64,000 bases of DNA, taken from positions 1,280,001 to 1,344,000 of the forward strand of contig OY970296.1 in NCBI GenBank assembly GCA_963716175.1, given 5' to 3'. The translations under genes were made by a program, and so were the position numbers. The stretch comes from an uncultured Armatimonadetes bacterium (GTDB taxonomy: Bacteria > Armatimonadota > Hebobacteria > Hebobacterales > Hebobacteraceae). The notes under the pieces are model-generated. The model had not been told where the DNA came from. It ran no database searches and saw only the letters and a list, made by a program, of their open reading frames with translations. Numbering within the stretch: the stretch's first letter is position 1; every line of letters begins with the position of its first letter. Below, one piece after another: positions 49,614-59,438 of this stretch.

Positions 49614-51075
49614 CTACCCCTTCATCACCCCCAGCGGCTTGAGCATCGCCACCATCTTCGAGATGCCGGCGCCGTGGCAGACGCGGACGACCTGGTGGAC
49701 GTCTTTGTAGGCCTCGGGCATCTCCTCGGCCAGGCCCTCCCGGCTGGCGGCGCGGGCGTAGACGCCCTGGGCGGCCAGCTCCTGGGCGATGTCGCGGCCC
49801 CGGGCGGAGCGGATGGCGGCGTGACGGCTGAGCAGCCGGCCTGCGCCGTGGCAGGTCGAGCCCCAGGTCTGCTCCATCGCCTTCTGAGTGCCAACGAGAA
49901 GATAGGAAGCGGTTCCCATGTCACCAGGCACGATCACCGGCTGGCCGGTCTTCTGATGGAGCGGGAGAAGCTGGGGGTGGCCGGGGCCAAAGGCGCGCGT
50001 GGCGCCCTTGCGGTGGATGCAGAGCCGCTTCGTCTTGCCATCAACCGGATGCTCTTCGAGCTTTGCCACATTATGCGCGACATCGTAGATGATCTCGAGG
50101 CCCAGCTTCTGCCGCGCCGGTCCCCAGCACGCGCTCGAAGGCCTCCCGGGTCCAGTGGGTGATGCACTGGCGGTTGGCCCAGGCGTAGTTGGCGGCGGCG
50201 GCCATGGCGGCAAGGTAGTTCCGTCCTTCCGGGGATGACACCGGGGCGCAGGCGAGCTGGCGATCGGGCAGAGAGATCTGGTACTTCTGCGTCGCCTTCT
50301 GCATCTCGATCAGGTAGTCGTCACACACCTGATGGCCCAGGCCGCGGGAGCCGGTGTGGATCATCACCGTGATCTGATCCAGATCGGTGATGCCCAGGGC
50401 GGCGGCGATCTCGGGATCGTGGATTTCGGCGACGGTCTGGATCTCCAGGAAGTGGTTGCCGGAGCCGAGGGTGCCGAGCTGGGGGCGGCCGCGCTCCTTC
50501 GCCCGGTCCGAAAGCAGGGCGGGGTCGGCGCCCTCGATGCGGCCATTGCTCTCGATGTGCTCCGCATCCTGAGACCAGCCCATGCCCTGGGAGATGGCCC
50601 ACTGCGCGCCTCTGACCAGCACGCGGTCGAGCTCGGCCTTGTCCACGCGCACCCGGCCCTTCTCGCCCACCCCGGAGGGCACATCGCGGAAGATCTGGTC
50701 GATCAGGTCCTTGACGCGGGGCTCGACCTCGGCGCGGGTGAGGTTAGTGCGCAGCAATCGCACCCCGCAGTTGATGTCATAGCCAACGCCGCCGGGGGAG
50801 ACCACGCCCTGCTCCACGTCGAAGGCAGCGACGCCGCCGATGGGAAAGCCATAGCCGTAGTGGATATCGGGCATGGCCATGGAGGGCCCCACGATGCCGG
50901 GCAGGCAGGCGACATTGACCACCTGCTCCAGGGAGTTGTCGGACTTGATGTCCTGCATCATCTCGGCCGAGGAATAGACGATGCCATCGGTGCGCATCTC
51001 CGGCTTGTAGCTGCGCGGGACGCGCCAGCGATAGGGATCTATGCGCTCGATTTTTCCGGACCAGGGCTTGCCCAC
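49614..51075 (-). CDS. rtcB: RtcB RNA ligase; apparent 1-nt frameshift at about 50112
   Basis: GGAGGTG RBS; MPDIH.GYGFPIG, DINCG, GSGNHF and H.GSR; then YDVAHN, HRKGAT, PGDMG and HGAGR in the shifted frame. Confidence 0.92.
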
Positions 51076-51179
51076 GCCAGTTCACCTCCGGGCCGCGGCT
51101 ACTTCTCATGTCAGCAGTGGTGGCGACCGGACGCGGCCAGCTACATACTACGGGAGAGCACAGCGAAAGGCAAGGACGA

Positions 51180-51826
51180 GGGCCGCCGATGTGTGACCAC
51201 GAAGATCAGAGAAGAGAACAAGCTGCTCCGGGAGAGCTGGTTGATCTCACCATAGCTCCAGGAGACCAGGTCCCCATTCCCCTCCTCCGCCCCGGTGGGG
51301 TTGTTCGCCGGGTCGTAGCTGTAGGTGAAGATGGAGATCACCGTCCCGTCCGACTTGCGGTTGCGCACCGCCTGGATTCGGCCGGCATCGTCGTATTGGG
51401 TCTCGGCGCGGCTGCTGTTGCCATAGGTCATGGTGGTGGGCCGGCCCAGGTCGTCGTACTGGTAGGTGCTCACCCCGCCGGTGCCGCGGTTCACCACCGC
51501 GGTTATCCAGTCGCGGGCATTGTAGCTGTAGTCAATGTAGCTGCCCGGCCGCGTCATCCGCGTCCGCCGCCCGCCGTCGTGATAGGTGAAGCTCACCGTC
51601 ACGCTGTTGGGATTCGTCGCCGAGGAGAGCTGGTTCCGCCCGTTGTAATCATAGCTGAACACGTCCTCTCCCGTGACCTGCATGCTCGACACCAAGCCGA
51701 CTCCGTTATACTGATAGGTCGTCGTCTTGGACGTCTCCGCACTCACCGTCACGGATTTCAGCCATTTACTCGGATAGTAGACCTGGGTCGTGGTGCCCGA
51801 TGCATCCCGCGTCTCCGTGATTGCTG
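51180..51826 (-). pseudogene. RHS/YD-repeat fragment A
   Basis: YQYNGVG, YDYNGRNQL, YDDLGR, YDDAGR and YSYDPANN repeats; no genuine start and no RHS core end. Confidence 0.8.
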
Positions 51827-51857
51827 TCCCTGATTCCCCAGGACTGAGTGTTTCCTA

Positions 51858-52280
51858 TCACTTTCTCTTCACTAACCTGGCCAGCAGCAATGCTAATACT
51901 ACCGGTATCCCTAGTAGCCCGGCCCAATAGCTATAGTCCCTCGGAAGGCGATATTTCAGCCACGGACCCATCAGAAGCGACGGAAGGAAAAAGGCCAGGT
52001 TGGTGATAACCGCTGCCCACAGGGGCACGACCAGCCCGCGGCCCTCCACCGCAGTCAACACATAGAAAGAACCAAGACCCGCCAGCTCCAGGAGGAGTCC
52101 CAGGTATGCAATGAACAGAGGCGTGTGCTCTGCAATCCAACGTGCTCCTGGAAGCCGCCATCCCTCCATAGCGAGTATGACCCAGAGCACGAGGAGTATC
52201 CCGAACGTCTCGGGTAGTTTCCGGCTACGCCGGCTCATAACGCCACACCGTCTGTCACACCAGCCCTTCTTCCTTCTCAC
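51858..52280 (-). CDS. Small polytopic membrane protein, putative immunity protein
   Basis: Four TM helices, lower GC, starts immediately after the stop of an orphan toxin-like tail. Confidence 0.55.
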   Translation of the reverse strand: MRRKKGWCDRRCGVMSRRSRKLPETFGILLVLWVILAMEGWRLPGARWIAEHTPLFIAYLGLLLELAGLGSFYVLTAVEGRGLVVPLWAAVITNLAFFLPSLLMGPWLKYRLPRDYSYWAGLLGIPVVLALLLARLVKRK

Positions 52281-52475
52281 TCAGCGGAGACACTTGCTAC
52301 ACTTTTCCATGCAATGCAGGGATTCGCCGGCTAGCAGCAGCGAACCGACCCCAGAGGCCGGCTCAGCCCAAGGGGCGATTTTCTCGGCCAGCCGAGGAAC
52401 TAGGGCTTTAGAGTACCTCGCCCACGCCCTGAACCTTCTGTCCGTGAAGTGGTAACAGATTCTGGCGGTCCAGCG
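52281..52475 (-). pseudogene. Orphan Cys-rich toxin C-terminal tail
   Basis: Start-less frame ...ICYHFTDRRFRAWARYSKALVPRLAEKIAPWAEPASGVGSLLLAGESLHCMEKCSKCLR*. Confidence 0.5.
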
Positions 52476-52476
52476 G

Positions 52477-53120
52477 GGGCCGCCGATGTGTGACCACGAA
52501 GATCAGAGAAGAGAACAAGCTGCTCCGGGAGAGCTGGTTGATCTCACCATAGCTCCAGGAGACCAGGTCCCCATTCCCCTCCTCCGCCCCGGTGGGGTTG
52601 TTCGCCGGGTCGTAGCTGTAGGTGAAGATGGAGATCACCGTCCCGTCCGACTTGAGATTGCGCACCGCCTGGATTCTGCCGGCATCGTCGTATTGGGTCT
52701 CGGCGCGGCTGCTGTTGCCATAGGTCATGGTGGTGGGCCGGCCCAGGTCGTCGTACTGCTAATGAATGTCGCCCAAAGAAGTAACGGGCGACATTCATCA
52801 GAAAGCCAGGGAATGCCTGAAGAAAGACGCTCGCGCAATGTTACTTCATTGCGCGAACGTCGGTAGGTACTCACCCCGCCGGTGCCGCGGTTCACCACCG
52901 CGGTTATCCAGTCGCGGGCATTGTAGCTGTAGTCAATGTAGCTGCCCGGCCGCGTCATCCGCGTCCGCCGCCCGCCGTCGTGATAGGTGAAGCTCACCGT
53001 CACGCTGTTGGGATTCGTCGCCGAGGAGAGCTGGTTCCGCCCGTTGTAATCATAGCTGAACACGTCCTCTCCCGTGACCTGCATGCTCGACACCAAGCCG
53101 ACTCCGTTATACTGATAGGT
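52477..53120 (-). pseudogene. RHS/YD-repeat fragment B, near-identical duplicate of 51180-51719, interrupted by a MITE
   Basis: Direct repeat of about 540 bp plus a 104-bp insertion. Confidence 0.85.
52759..52866. mobile_element. MITE family B, copy 2
   Basis: Absent from the paralogous RHS copy at about 51460; two hairpins with GAAGTAAC/GTTACTTC loops; TA at both ends. Confidence 0.8.
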
Positions 53121-53146
53121 TGGAGTGAACCCCTCTGACTGGACAG
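53121..53146 (+). mobile_element. IS3-family-like terminal repeat remnant
   Basis: TGGAGTGAACCCCTCTGACTGGACAG begins exactly where the RHS duplicate ends; matches 55191-55216. Confidence 0.55.
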
Positions 53147-53311
53147 TTCAAGGGGTCGCCACTATGCGAGTCGACGCGGAGGGCCGCTAGCTCTCGTTGT
53201 GGTGCCAGGGACTTGAGGACGGCGCGGATCCCCACGCCGGCGCCTGGAGCCACTGGCGCCAGCACCAACGTCAGAAGAACCAACCTCCGGCGGCTCAGCA
53301 TAGCATCTCTC

Positions 53312-54397
53312 CTATGGGCATCGGAGCCACGACGCGTCCTCCCCGCGGACGAGTGTCAGGGCCTCACCGGACTCTGTGTTTATGGCCCTCACGAGTGACA
53401 GCCCTTCCACCGCGTAAGGGCCACCAAAGACCCCACGGGAGGGGTGCCTTCGCTGGAAGTGGCGCTCCGTGAATAACACCCACCTCTCGTCAGGGCTCCA
53501 GTGGATGTCCTCGATCTGTGTCACCTCTTTCGTGAAGACCGGCAAGGCCTGCACCGTCTGCCGCTTCAGGCCACTCGCTGTAACCACCGCGAGCGACCGC
53601 CCCATATCGGCGACCGCCAGCATCTGGCCCGATGGGGCAAGGGAGACATAAGACGCAATGGCCAGCTGCCCGCGCGGTACGCTGAGACTTGCCCCGTCAA
53701 GGGTCAGTTCGAGTGGCGGCAATGAGCGGGGATCCTGCAACCAGGAGCGGATGTCCTGCGGCACAAGCGTCCGCGGAAGATGCTGCAGTACCTGGCTAAT
53801 GCCACTCGCGCGCTCTTGCCGGCGTTGTTCGACTGTATGCCTACCGCTGAGCGCAACCGCACCAGAGTTCATGTTCCACACTAGTTCGCGGTATCCTTTG
53901 TGCCCTTTCCACTCATCCGTGACCCCAAGGAGCACCTGCGCGTTGTCCAGCCACATCGGATAGTCGAAGAGGAATGAGAACTCGGCTTTTAGGCGCAAGG
54001 ACATGGCGGCCTCATCCGCGTCATCCAGATCCACCAGCGTGAAGGTGTACCGCCCTTGCCCGCTGCTCCACAAGAATTCCTCCTGCACCACGAGCGCGCG
54101 ACGACCATCGGGGGAAATCGAGTAGAAGGGACGCGACAGCAGGCGCGCCTCCGGGTTACGCCATCGCCAGAGGACACGCTCATACTCGCTTGCGTACCGG
54201 CACAGCCGCAACTCGCCCCCTGGCCGCTCCATCGTCTGGTAAAGCAGACTCATGGTCGGGACGCTCTCGTTCTGCCGGCCCTGTCCGCTCGCAGCGTGCG
54301 CGGTCAGGAGCGCGAACATGGCCAAACTAGCCAGCATCAGGGGCCACCAACCAGCATCACCTCGACGAGGCCCTCGGGTTGCCCGCGTCTCCGGCAT
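53312..54397 (-). CDS. Secreted TolB/WD40-like beta-propeller protein, putative immunity protein
   Basis: Signal-like N-terminus; ISPDGRR, LAPSGQ and WSPDERW repeats. Confidence 0.6.
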   Translation of the reverse strand: MPETRATRGPRRGDAGWWPLMLASLAMFALLTAHAASGQGRQNESVPTMSLLYQTMERPGGELRLCRYASEYERVLWRWRNPEARLLSRPFYSISPDGRRALVVQEEFLWSSGQGRYTFTLVDLDDADEAAMSLRLKAEFSFLFDYPMWLDNAQVLLGVTDEWKGHKGYRELVWNMNSGAVALSGRHTVEQRRQERASGISQVLQHLPRTLVPQDIRSWLQDPRSLPPLELTLDGASLSVPRGQLAIASYVSLAPSGQMLAVADMGRSLAVVTASGLKRQTVQALPVFTKEVTQIEDIHWSPDERWVLFTERHFQRRHPSRGVFGGPYAVEGLSLVRAINTESGEALTLVRGEDASWLRCP

Positions 54398-54774
54398 TGT
54401 TGAGCAGGTTCTGCAAGCACTGCTTTTCAGCGCCATACGCCGCTTCCTCGCTTGGGTACTCGTCGGCTTGCTCTCCGAAACCGTTATGGGCCTCACATTG
54501 CTGCCGATGGGTTGGTTCATGTGCGTTAACCAAGCACTCCTTCACACAGGCTTGCTCGGGTTTCAGCTGACGCCACGCGTCGCAGTAGAACGTCCCAGTC
54601 TTCACCTTCCACACGCCTGACTGGCTGCACTTCTGCTTCTCATACGCGCAGCAACATGCCGTGCACACGTACCAGCGACTGACTGATCCACCCGGGTCGA
54701 ACCAGTGCGCGAGTATCTGGTCGATCTCTCGGATGCGGGCATGGATGGCTTGCTGCTGGTGAGAGGAACGGTCA
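54357..54774 (-). pseudogene. Orphan Cys-rich toxin C-terminal domain with HExxH motif
   Basis: CVKECLVNAHEPTHRQQC...SEEAAYGAEKQCL; no credible start codon of its own. Confidence 0.55.
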
Positions 54775-55173
54775 TCAGTGCACGTGGTAGGTTCGCACAC
54801 GTCCTTGTCTGTCAAACACGACAAAGAGGATCTCCACAGCCAGATCATGCAGTTCGTAAACCCAGACTTCATCCTCTTTTGAAGCGTTGAGCCTGACACC
54901 GTACTTGGCCTCGACGGCACCGGGCGACATCACGGACTCCGGCATCCCCAGCCTTGCGTGGATCTCACCCTGGGTGAATCCGGGCACGACCAAACGCTTA
55001 ACGTGCGACCTCGCGAGCCGGGGCGAGATACGCCAGAGACAGAAAGAGTTCAGCCCCACCCACAAGATCGCCACGCTAATCACCAGTGAGGTCGCGACTA
55101 TCACTCGCCGCACCCACTTCGCTCGCCGTAACCCGTCGCCCCACCAACTCGATCCAGCGCTCTGTCGTGACAT
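54775..55173 (-). CDS. Membrane-anchored BamE/SmpA-like protein, putative immunity protein
   Basis: TM helix; G.T..EI...LG.P...W.Y......V.FD..GRV. Confidence 0.6.
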   Translation of the reverse strand: MSRQSAGSSWWGDGLRRAKWVRRVIVATSLVISVAILWVGLNSFCLWRISPRLARSHVKRLVVPGFTQGEIHARLGMPESVMSPGAVEAKYGVRLNASKEDEVWVYELHDLAVEILFVVFDRQGRVRTYHVH

Positions 55174-55190
55174 ACCTGCTACCCCCTAGC

Positions 55191-55216
55191 TGGACTGCAC
55201 CCCTGGGCCTGGACAG
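55191..55216 (+). mobile_element. IS3-family-like terminal repeat remnant
   Basis: TGGACTGCACCCCTGGGCCTGGACAG. Confidence 0.5.
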
Positions 55217-55603
55217 AGCGGGGCAAGATGCGCCACCCTCTGATGAGGCGGGTTCGTGCTTCGCAGCGAAGCGCTCCTTCGCAGAGTAGCGTAGGAAACC
55301 ACCTCGCTCTCGCCGCCGCCGGTGAGCTGCATGGTGGAGTGGCTAGACCTGCTGCGCAGGCCGCCATGGCGGTCTCTGACGGCGACATAGCCACCCAGGG
55401 CCTCCCCTCGACTCCGCTCGGGCCGGCCGTCACGGGAACCGGGGCCCGGCCGACGCGAATACTACGCTCACGCACAGGGAAATACAAGCACGGCTGCCGG
55501 CGCGCTGTAGCCGCCATAGCGCCTTAGGCGTAGCTATATGCCCGGCTCACGCCATGCAGCCCGGAGGACCCTCCTGAGGCGGGCAAGCCGGGCTCGCACA
55601 AAA

Positions 55604-55627
55604 GGGCGGGATGAATCCCGCCCCTAC
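55604..55627 (-). repeat. GTAG-type REP overlapping a stop codon
   Basis: GTAG-GGGCGGGAT-TC-ATCCCGCCC on the minus strand. Confidence 0.7.
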
Positions 55628-58131
55628 AGCTCGGCTTGCAGGCGCTGGATCTCCTGAGCGTATTGGTGCACCAGGGCGTCGGCGGTGGCCTGGTCGCGGC
55701 TCTCGGCGCGGACGTGGAAGACCGGGCCGGAGACATCGGGGAGCACCAGGGCCCAGCCCGCCGGGACGTGGATCTTGAGGCCGTCGAGCTGCTCCACGGA
55801 GAGGTCGCGGGTCTCCTCGTGCAGGCGTCTCATCACCAGGCCCTTCTGCTCCCAGGGGCAATCCACTTGCAGGTAGGCGCGGTAGTACCTGGGCACCCGC
55901 GCGCACACCTCGCCCAGCGTCTGACCGGTGACGGCGAGCAGCTCCAGCAGCTTGCCCAGGGCGAGCATGGCGTCGAACGCGGGCAGGAAGCGGGGGAAGA
56001 TGAACCCGCCGTCAACGTCGCCGGCGAAGGTGAGCTCGGGATCGGTGCCGGCCGCCTCCATCAAGGAGCCGGCGTCGGCGCGGGTGCGGATGGCCTGGGC
56101 GTGATAGCGCTGGCAGACTTCCTCCACGCCGGAGGTGGCGCTGAACGGCACCGCGACCCGGGCGCCGGAGTCACCGCGCTGGAGCACCAGGTCCATGAAG
56201 CAGAGCAGCAGGTCATCGCTCATCACCCTGGCGCCGTGCTCGTCAACGGCGGCGAAGCGATCGCCGTGGCCGCCCACGAGGAGGCCGAGGTCGCCGTGCA
56301 GCGCGCGCACCACCTCGCCCAGCTCGCCGACGCGCTGCTCCCGCCTCACCCAGGCCTCGTGGGAGCGAGTGGGATCAACGAAGGCGTTGACCGCAGTGGA
56401 CTCGCAGCCCAGGCGGCCCAGCACCAGGGGCATGAGCAGACAGAGGGGCCCGAAGGCGTAGTCCACCACCAGCTTGGGGGCGCGGCGGCGGATGGCGTCG
56501 GCGTCGAGGAAGTTGAGGAAGTCCTCGGTGTAGTACTCCACGGTGCGGCCCAGGAACTCGAGTCCTCCCACCGCCTCGCGCGGGGCGCGGCGGAAGTCCT
56601 GGCGAAAGAACATGTTCTCGATCTTGCGGGCGGCGGCGCGGGTGAGGTTCTTGCCACTGCCGTCGAAAAACTCAATCAGGGTCTGGGTAGGGTCCGAGGG
56701 CGACACTGAGACATGCACTCCGCCAGCCGCGCCCGAGATGTCCGCCATGTGGCGGGCGACGGCGCCGGGCATGGTGCGCAGGTCGAGCACATTGGCGCCT
56801 ACCGACATCAACCCCGAGATCATGGCCCGCTTGACCATGCGGGAGGTGAGGTGGGAATCGCGGCTGGTGATCACCTGCGCGCCGGCCGGCAGGTAGGCCC
56901 CATAGGCGGCGGCCAGCCCGGCCGCGAACTCGGGGGTGATCTCCACATTGGCGAGGCCGCTGACGCCGCTGGCGCCAAACAGCGTGCCCGGCCACTTGGT
57001 CCCCCAGATCAGGCTCATGGTGACCTTGGAGCCGCGGTCGGTGACTTTGTCGGGCCAGATGCGGATATGGGGCATGACCACCGTGCCCTCCTCCAGCAGG
57101 CATCGGTCGCCCACCACCGCACCTTCATTGATGGTGACGTGGCGCTTGGCGACCACGTTGCGGCAGACGGTGGCGGCGTTGAGCCGGCTGCCCGCGCCCA
57201 GGTAGGTCCCGCTCCAGACCACAGAACGGGTCACCACGGCGCCGGCCTCGACTACGCAGTTATCGCCTATGATGGAGTAGGGGCCGATCTGCGCCTCAGC
57301 ACCAATGCTGCAGCCATGGCCGATGAGCACCGGCGGCAGCAGGCGGGCGGCGTGATCAACCGCAGTGGCCCTGCCCACCCAGACCCCGTCGGCCAACCTT
57401 TCGCCGGGGAGATCCACCGCCACCGCGGCTCGCAGGCAGTCGTGATTGGCGGCGCGGTACTGCTCGAGGTTGCCGACATCGGTCCAGTAGCCCTCGGCGA
57501 CATAGCCGCAGAGGAGCTGGCCTTCATCCAAGAGGGCCGGAAAGAGATTCTGGCTGAAATCGAAGGGCCGCTCGGGGTTCACCCGGTGAAGCACTTCCGG
57601 CTCCAGGATATAGATGCCAGTATTGACCGTATCGGAGAACACCTCCCCAGCGCTGGGCTTCTCCAGGAAGTGGCGCACTCTGCCATCGGGATCGGTGATC
57701 ACCACTCCGTACTCCAAAGGGTTGGGCACCCGTGTGAGCACGAGGGTGGCGGCGGCCCCCCGCTGTTGGTGGAACTCGATGGCCGGGCGGAGGTCGAAGT
57801 CGGTGAGGGCGTCGCCGCTGATGACGAGGAAGGTGCCGCCCAGTTTGTCCATCAGCCGACGCACGCTGCCAGCAGTGCCCAGAGGGATATCCTCGACCGC
57901 GTAGGAGAGCTGCATGCCCCACTCCGCGCCGTCCTCGAAGTAGCTCTCCACCTCATCGGCGAGATAGTGGAGGGTGGCGAAGGCCTGGGTGACCCCGAGC
58001 CGCGCTAGCAGTGACATGATGTGGGCCATGATGGGCCGGTTGGCCACCGGGGCCATGGGCTTGGGGAGATCACAGGTGAGGGGCCTGAGTCTAGCCCCTT
58101 CACCTCCTGCCATCACTACCGCTGGGATCAT
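55624..58131 (-). CDS. Mannose-1-phosphate guanylyltransferase / phosphomannomutase-like fusion
   Basis: MAGGEG.RLRPLT...PKPM; hexapeptide repeats; PGM/PMM domains. Confidence 0.9.
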   Translation of the reverse strand: MIPAVVMAGGEGARLRPLTCDLPKPMAPVANRPIMAHIMSLLARLGVTQAFATLHYLADEVESYFEDGAEWGMQLSYAVEDIPLGTAGSVRRLMDKLGGTFLVISGDALTDFDLRPAIEFHQQRGAAATLVLTRVPNPLEYGVVITDPDGRVRHFLEKPSAGEVFSDTVNTGIYILEPEVLHRVNPERPFDFSQNLFPALLDEGQLLCGYVAEGYWTDVGNLEQYRAANHDCLRAAVAVDLPGERLADGVWVGRATAVDHAARLLPPVLIGHGCSIGAEAQIGPYSIIGDNCVVEAGAVVTRSVVWSGTYLGAGSRLNAATVCRNVVAKRHVTINEGAVVGDRCLLEEGTVVMPHIRIWPDKVTDRGSKVTMSLIWGTKWPGTLFGASGVSGLANVEITPEFAAGLAAAYGAYLPAGAQVITSRDSHLTSRMVKRAMISGLMSVGANVLDLRTMPGAVARHMADISGAAGGVHVSVSPSDPTQTLIEFFDGSGKNLTRAAARKIENMFFRQDFRRAPREAVGGLEFLGRTVEYYTEDFLNFLDADAIRRRAPKLVVDYAFGPLCLLMPLVLGRLGCESTAVNAFVDPTRSHEAWVRREQRVGELGEVVRALHGDLGLLVGGHGDRFAAVDEHGARVMSDDLLLCFMDLVLQRGDSGARVAVPFSATSGVEEVCQRYHAQAIRTRADAGSLMEAAGTDPELTFAGDVDGGFIFPRFLPAFDAMLALGKLLELLAVTGQTLGEVCARVPRYYRAYLQVDCPWEQKGLVMRRLHEETRDLSVEQLDGLKIHVPAGWALVLPDVSGPVFHVRAESRDQATADALVHQYAQEIQRLQAEL

Positions 58132-58148
58132 GGCTTCAGCCCCCTTTT

Positions 58149-59435
58149 TCAGCTTCGATCTGGAGTTTCGTCAGACATGAGATAGCGAGGCCGGATACCG
58201 GGTCCGGCGGCTGGGGCGGCGAGGCGGGCGGCGGCCCGCTCGGATTGGCTCACGACTTCCTGGTAGATGGCGAGAGTTTGCCTGGCGATGCCGTCCCATT
58301 GGAAGCGCTGCTCTACTTCGCGGCGGGCGGCGCGGCGGAGACGATTGGCCAGGGCCGGATCGGAGAGCACGAGATTGATGCCCCAGGCCAAGGAGTGAGG
58401 GTTGTTCGCCCAGGTCTGAAGGCCGGTCTGGCGGTGGCGAACGACCTCGCGGAAGCCGCCGATGTCGGAGGTGACCAGGGGCACGCCGGCCGCCATCGCC
58501 TCCAGGGCGACGATGCCGAAGGGTTCGTACAGGCTGGGCAGGGCGACAACATCAGCGACGGCATAGAGGCGAGGGAGATCCTCCTCTGGCAGGAAACCAG
58601 TGAAGGCAACCTTGTGGCCCAGACCCAGGCCAGCGGCGCGCTCCCGGAGATGGCCCTGCCAGCCCCCGCCTGCCACCACGAGCTTGGCCTCGGGATGGGC
58701 CGCGATCACCTCCGGCATGGCCTCTATCAGCACCTCCACGCCCTTCTCCCGCACCAACCGCCCCACGAAGAGCACGATCTTCTCTCTCGACCCGGCCCAG
58801 CGGGCGCGGAACCCGGCCAGCTCCCTCGGGCGGTCGGCGCACTGGAGGCGGGCGGGATCCACACCGTTGGGCACCACGCAAACCTTGTCCGCCGGCACCC
58901 TCAGGCCCGAGGTTAGCTCCCCGGAGGTGGCCTGAGAGCAGCAAATGACCCGCCAGGCATCGTAAGTCAGGAGCCATTCCAGGGAGTGGATGTAGCTCTG
59001 GAGCGGGGTATGGATGCCCTGATTGCGCCCGGCCTCGGTGGCGTGGATGGTGGCCACCAGGGGAAGGCGCTGGCTGTGTTTGAGGGTGCGGGCGGCGAAG
59101 GTCACCAGCCAATCGTGGGCGTGAACCAGGTCGTAGCTGACCTCCCCCTCCCCCAGGATGCGCTCCAGCAGGAGGAAGTTGAGCTGATGGATATCGGAGA
59201 TGAAGTCCAGGGGGTTCACAGGGTTGGGCCGGGCGCGGAGCACCCGGACCTCCCCTTCCCCTGAGGGGATGATCTCCAGCTCGGGGGCGCCGGCGTGGTG
59301 TGCGGTGACCACGTCCACCGTGACCCCCGTGGCGGCCAGCGCGCAAGAAAGCTCGCCCACATGGCGGGCAATGCCCCCAATGATGCGCGGGGGAAACTCC
59401 CAAGAGAGCATCAGGACGCGCGTGGGCGGCTCCAC
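58149..59435 (-). CDS. GT4 family glycosyltransferase
   Basis: SWEFPP..GG, HAHDWL, HATE.GR, GRL..EKG and EPFGIVALEAM. Confidence 0.92.
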   Translation of the reverse strand: MEPPTRVLMLSWEFPPRIIGGIARHVGELSCALAATGVTVDVVTAHHAGAPELEIIPSGEGEVRVLRARPNPVNPLDFISDIHQLNFLLLERILGEGEVSYDLVHAHDWLVTFAARTLKHSQRLPLVATIHATEAGRNQGIHTPLQSYIHSLEWLLTYDAWRVICCSQATSGELTSGLRVPADKVCVVPNGVDPARLQCADRPRELAGFRARWAGSREKIVLFVGRLVREKGVEVLIEAMPEVIAAHPEAKLVVAGGGWQGHLRERAAGLGLGHKVAFTGFLPEEDLPRLYAVADVVALPSLYEPFGIVALEAMAAGVPLVTSDIGGFREVVRHRQTGLQTWANNPHSLAWGINLVLSDPALANRLRRAARREVEQRFQWDGIARQTLAIYQEVVSQSERAAARLAAPAAGPGIRPRYLMSDETPDRS

Positions 59436-59438
59436 CTC

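Noticed and set aside
50071-50130. Programmed frameshift or intein/intron in rtcB
   Set aside because: No slippery heptamer or inserted sequence; a single extra base shared in context with two other genes explains it
51137-51160. Short similarity (ASYILRES) to 4482-4503 on the opposite strand
   Set aside because: Only about 21 nt with mismatches; could be a gene-tail remnant but cannot be distinguished from chance
56700-56730. Missing SHNP phosphoserine motif in the PGM domain
   Set aside because: From recollection this divergence is usual for this nucleotidyltransferase-PGM fusion family, so not specific to this genome
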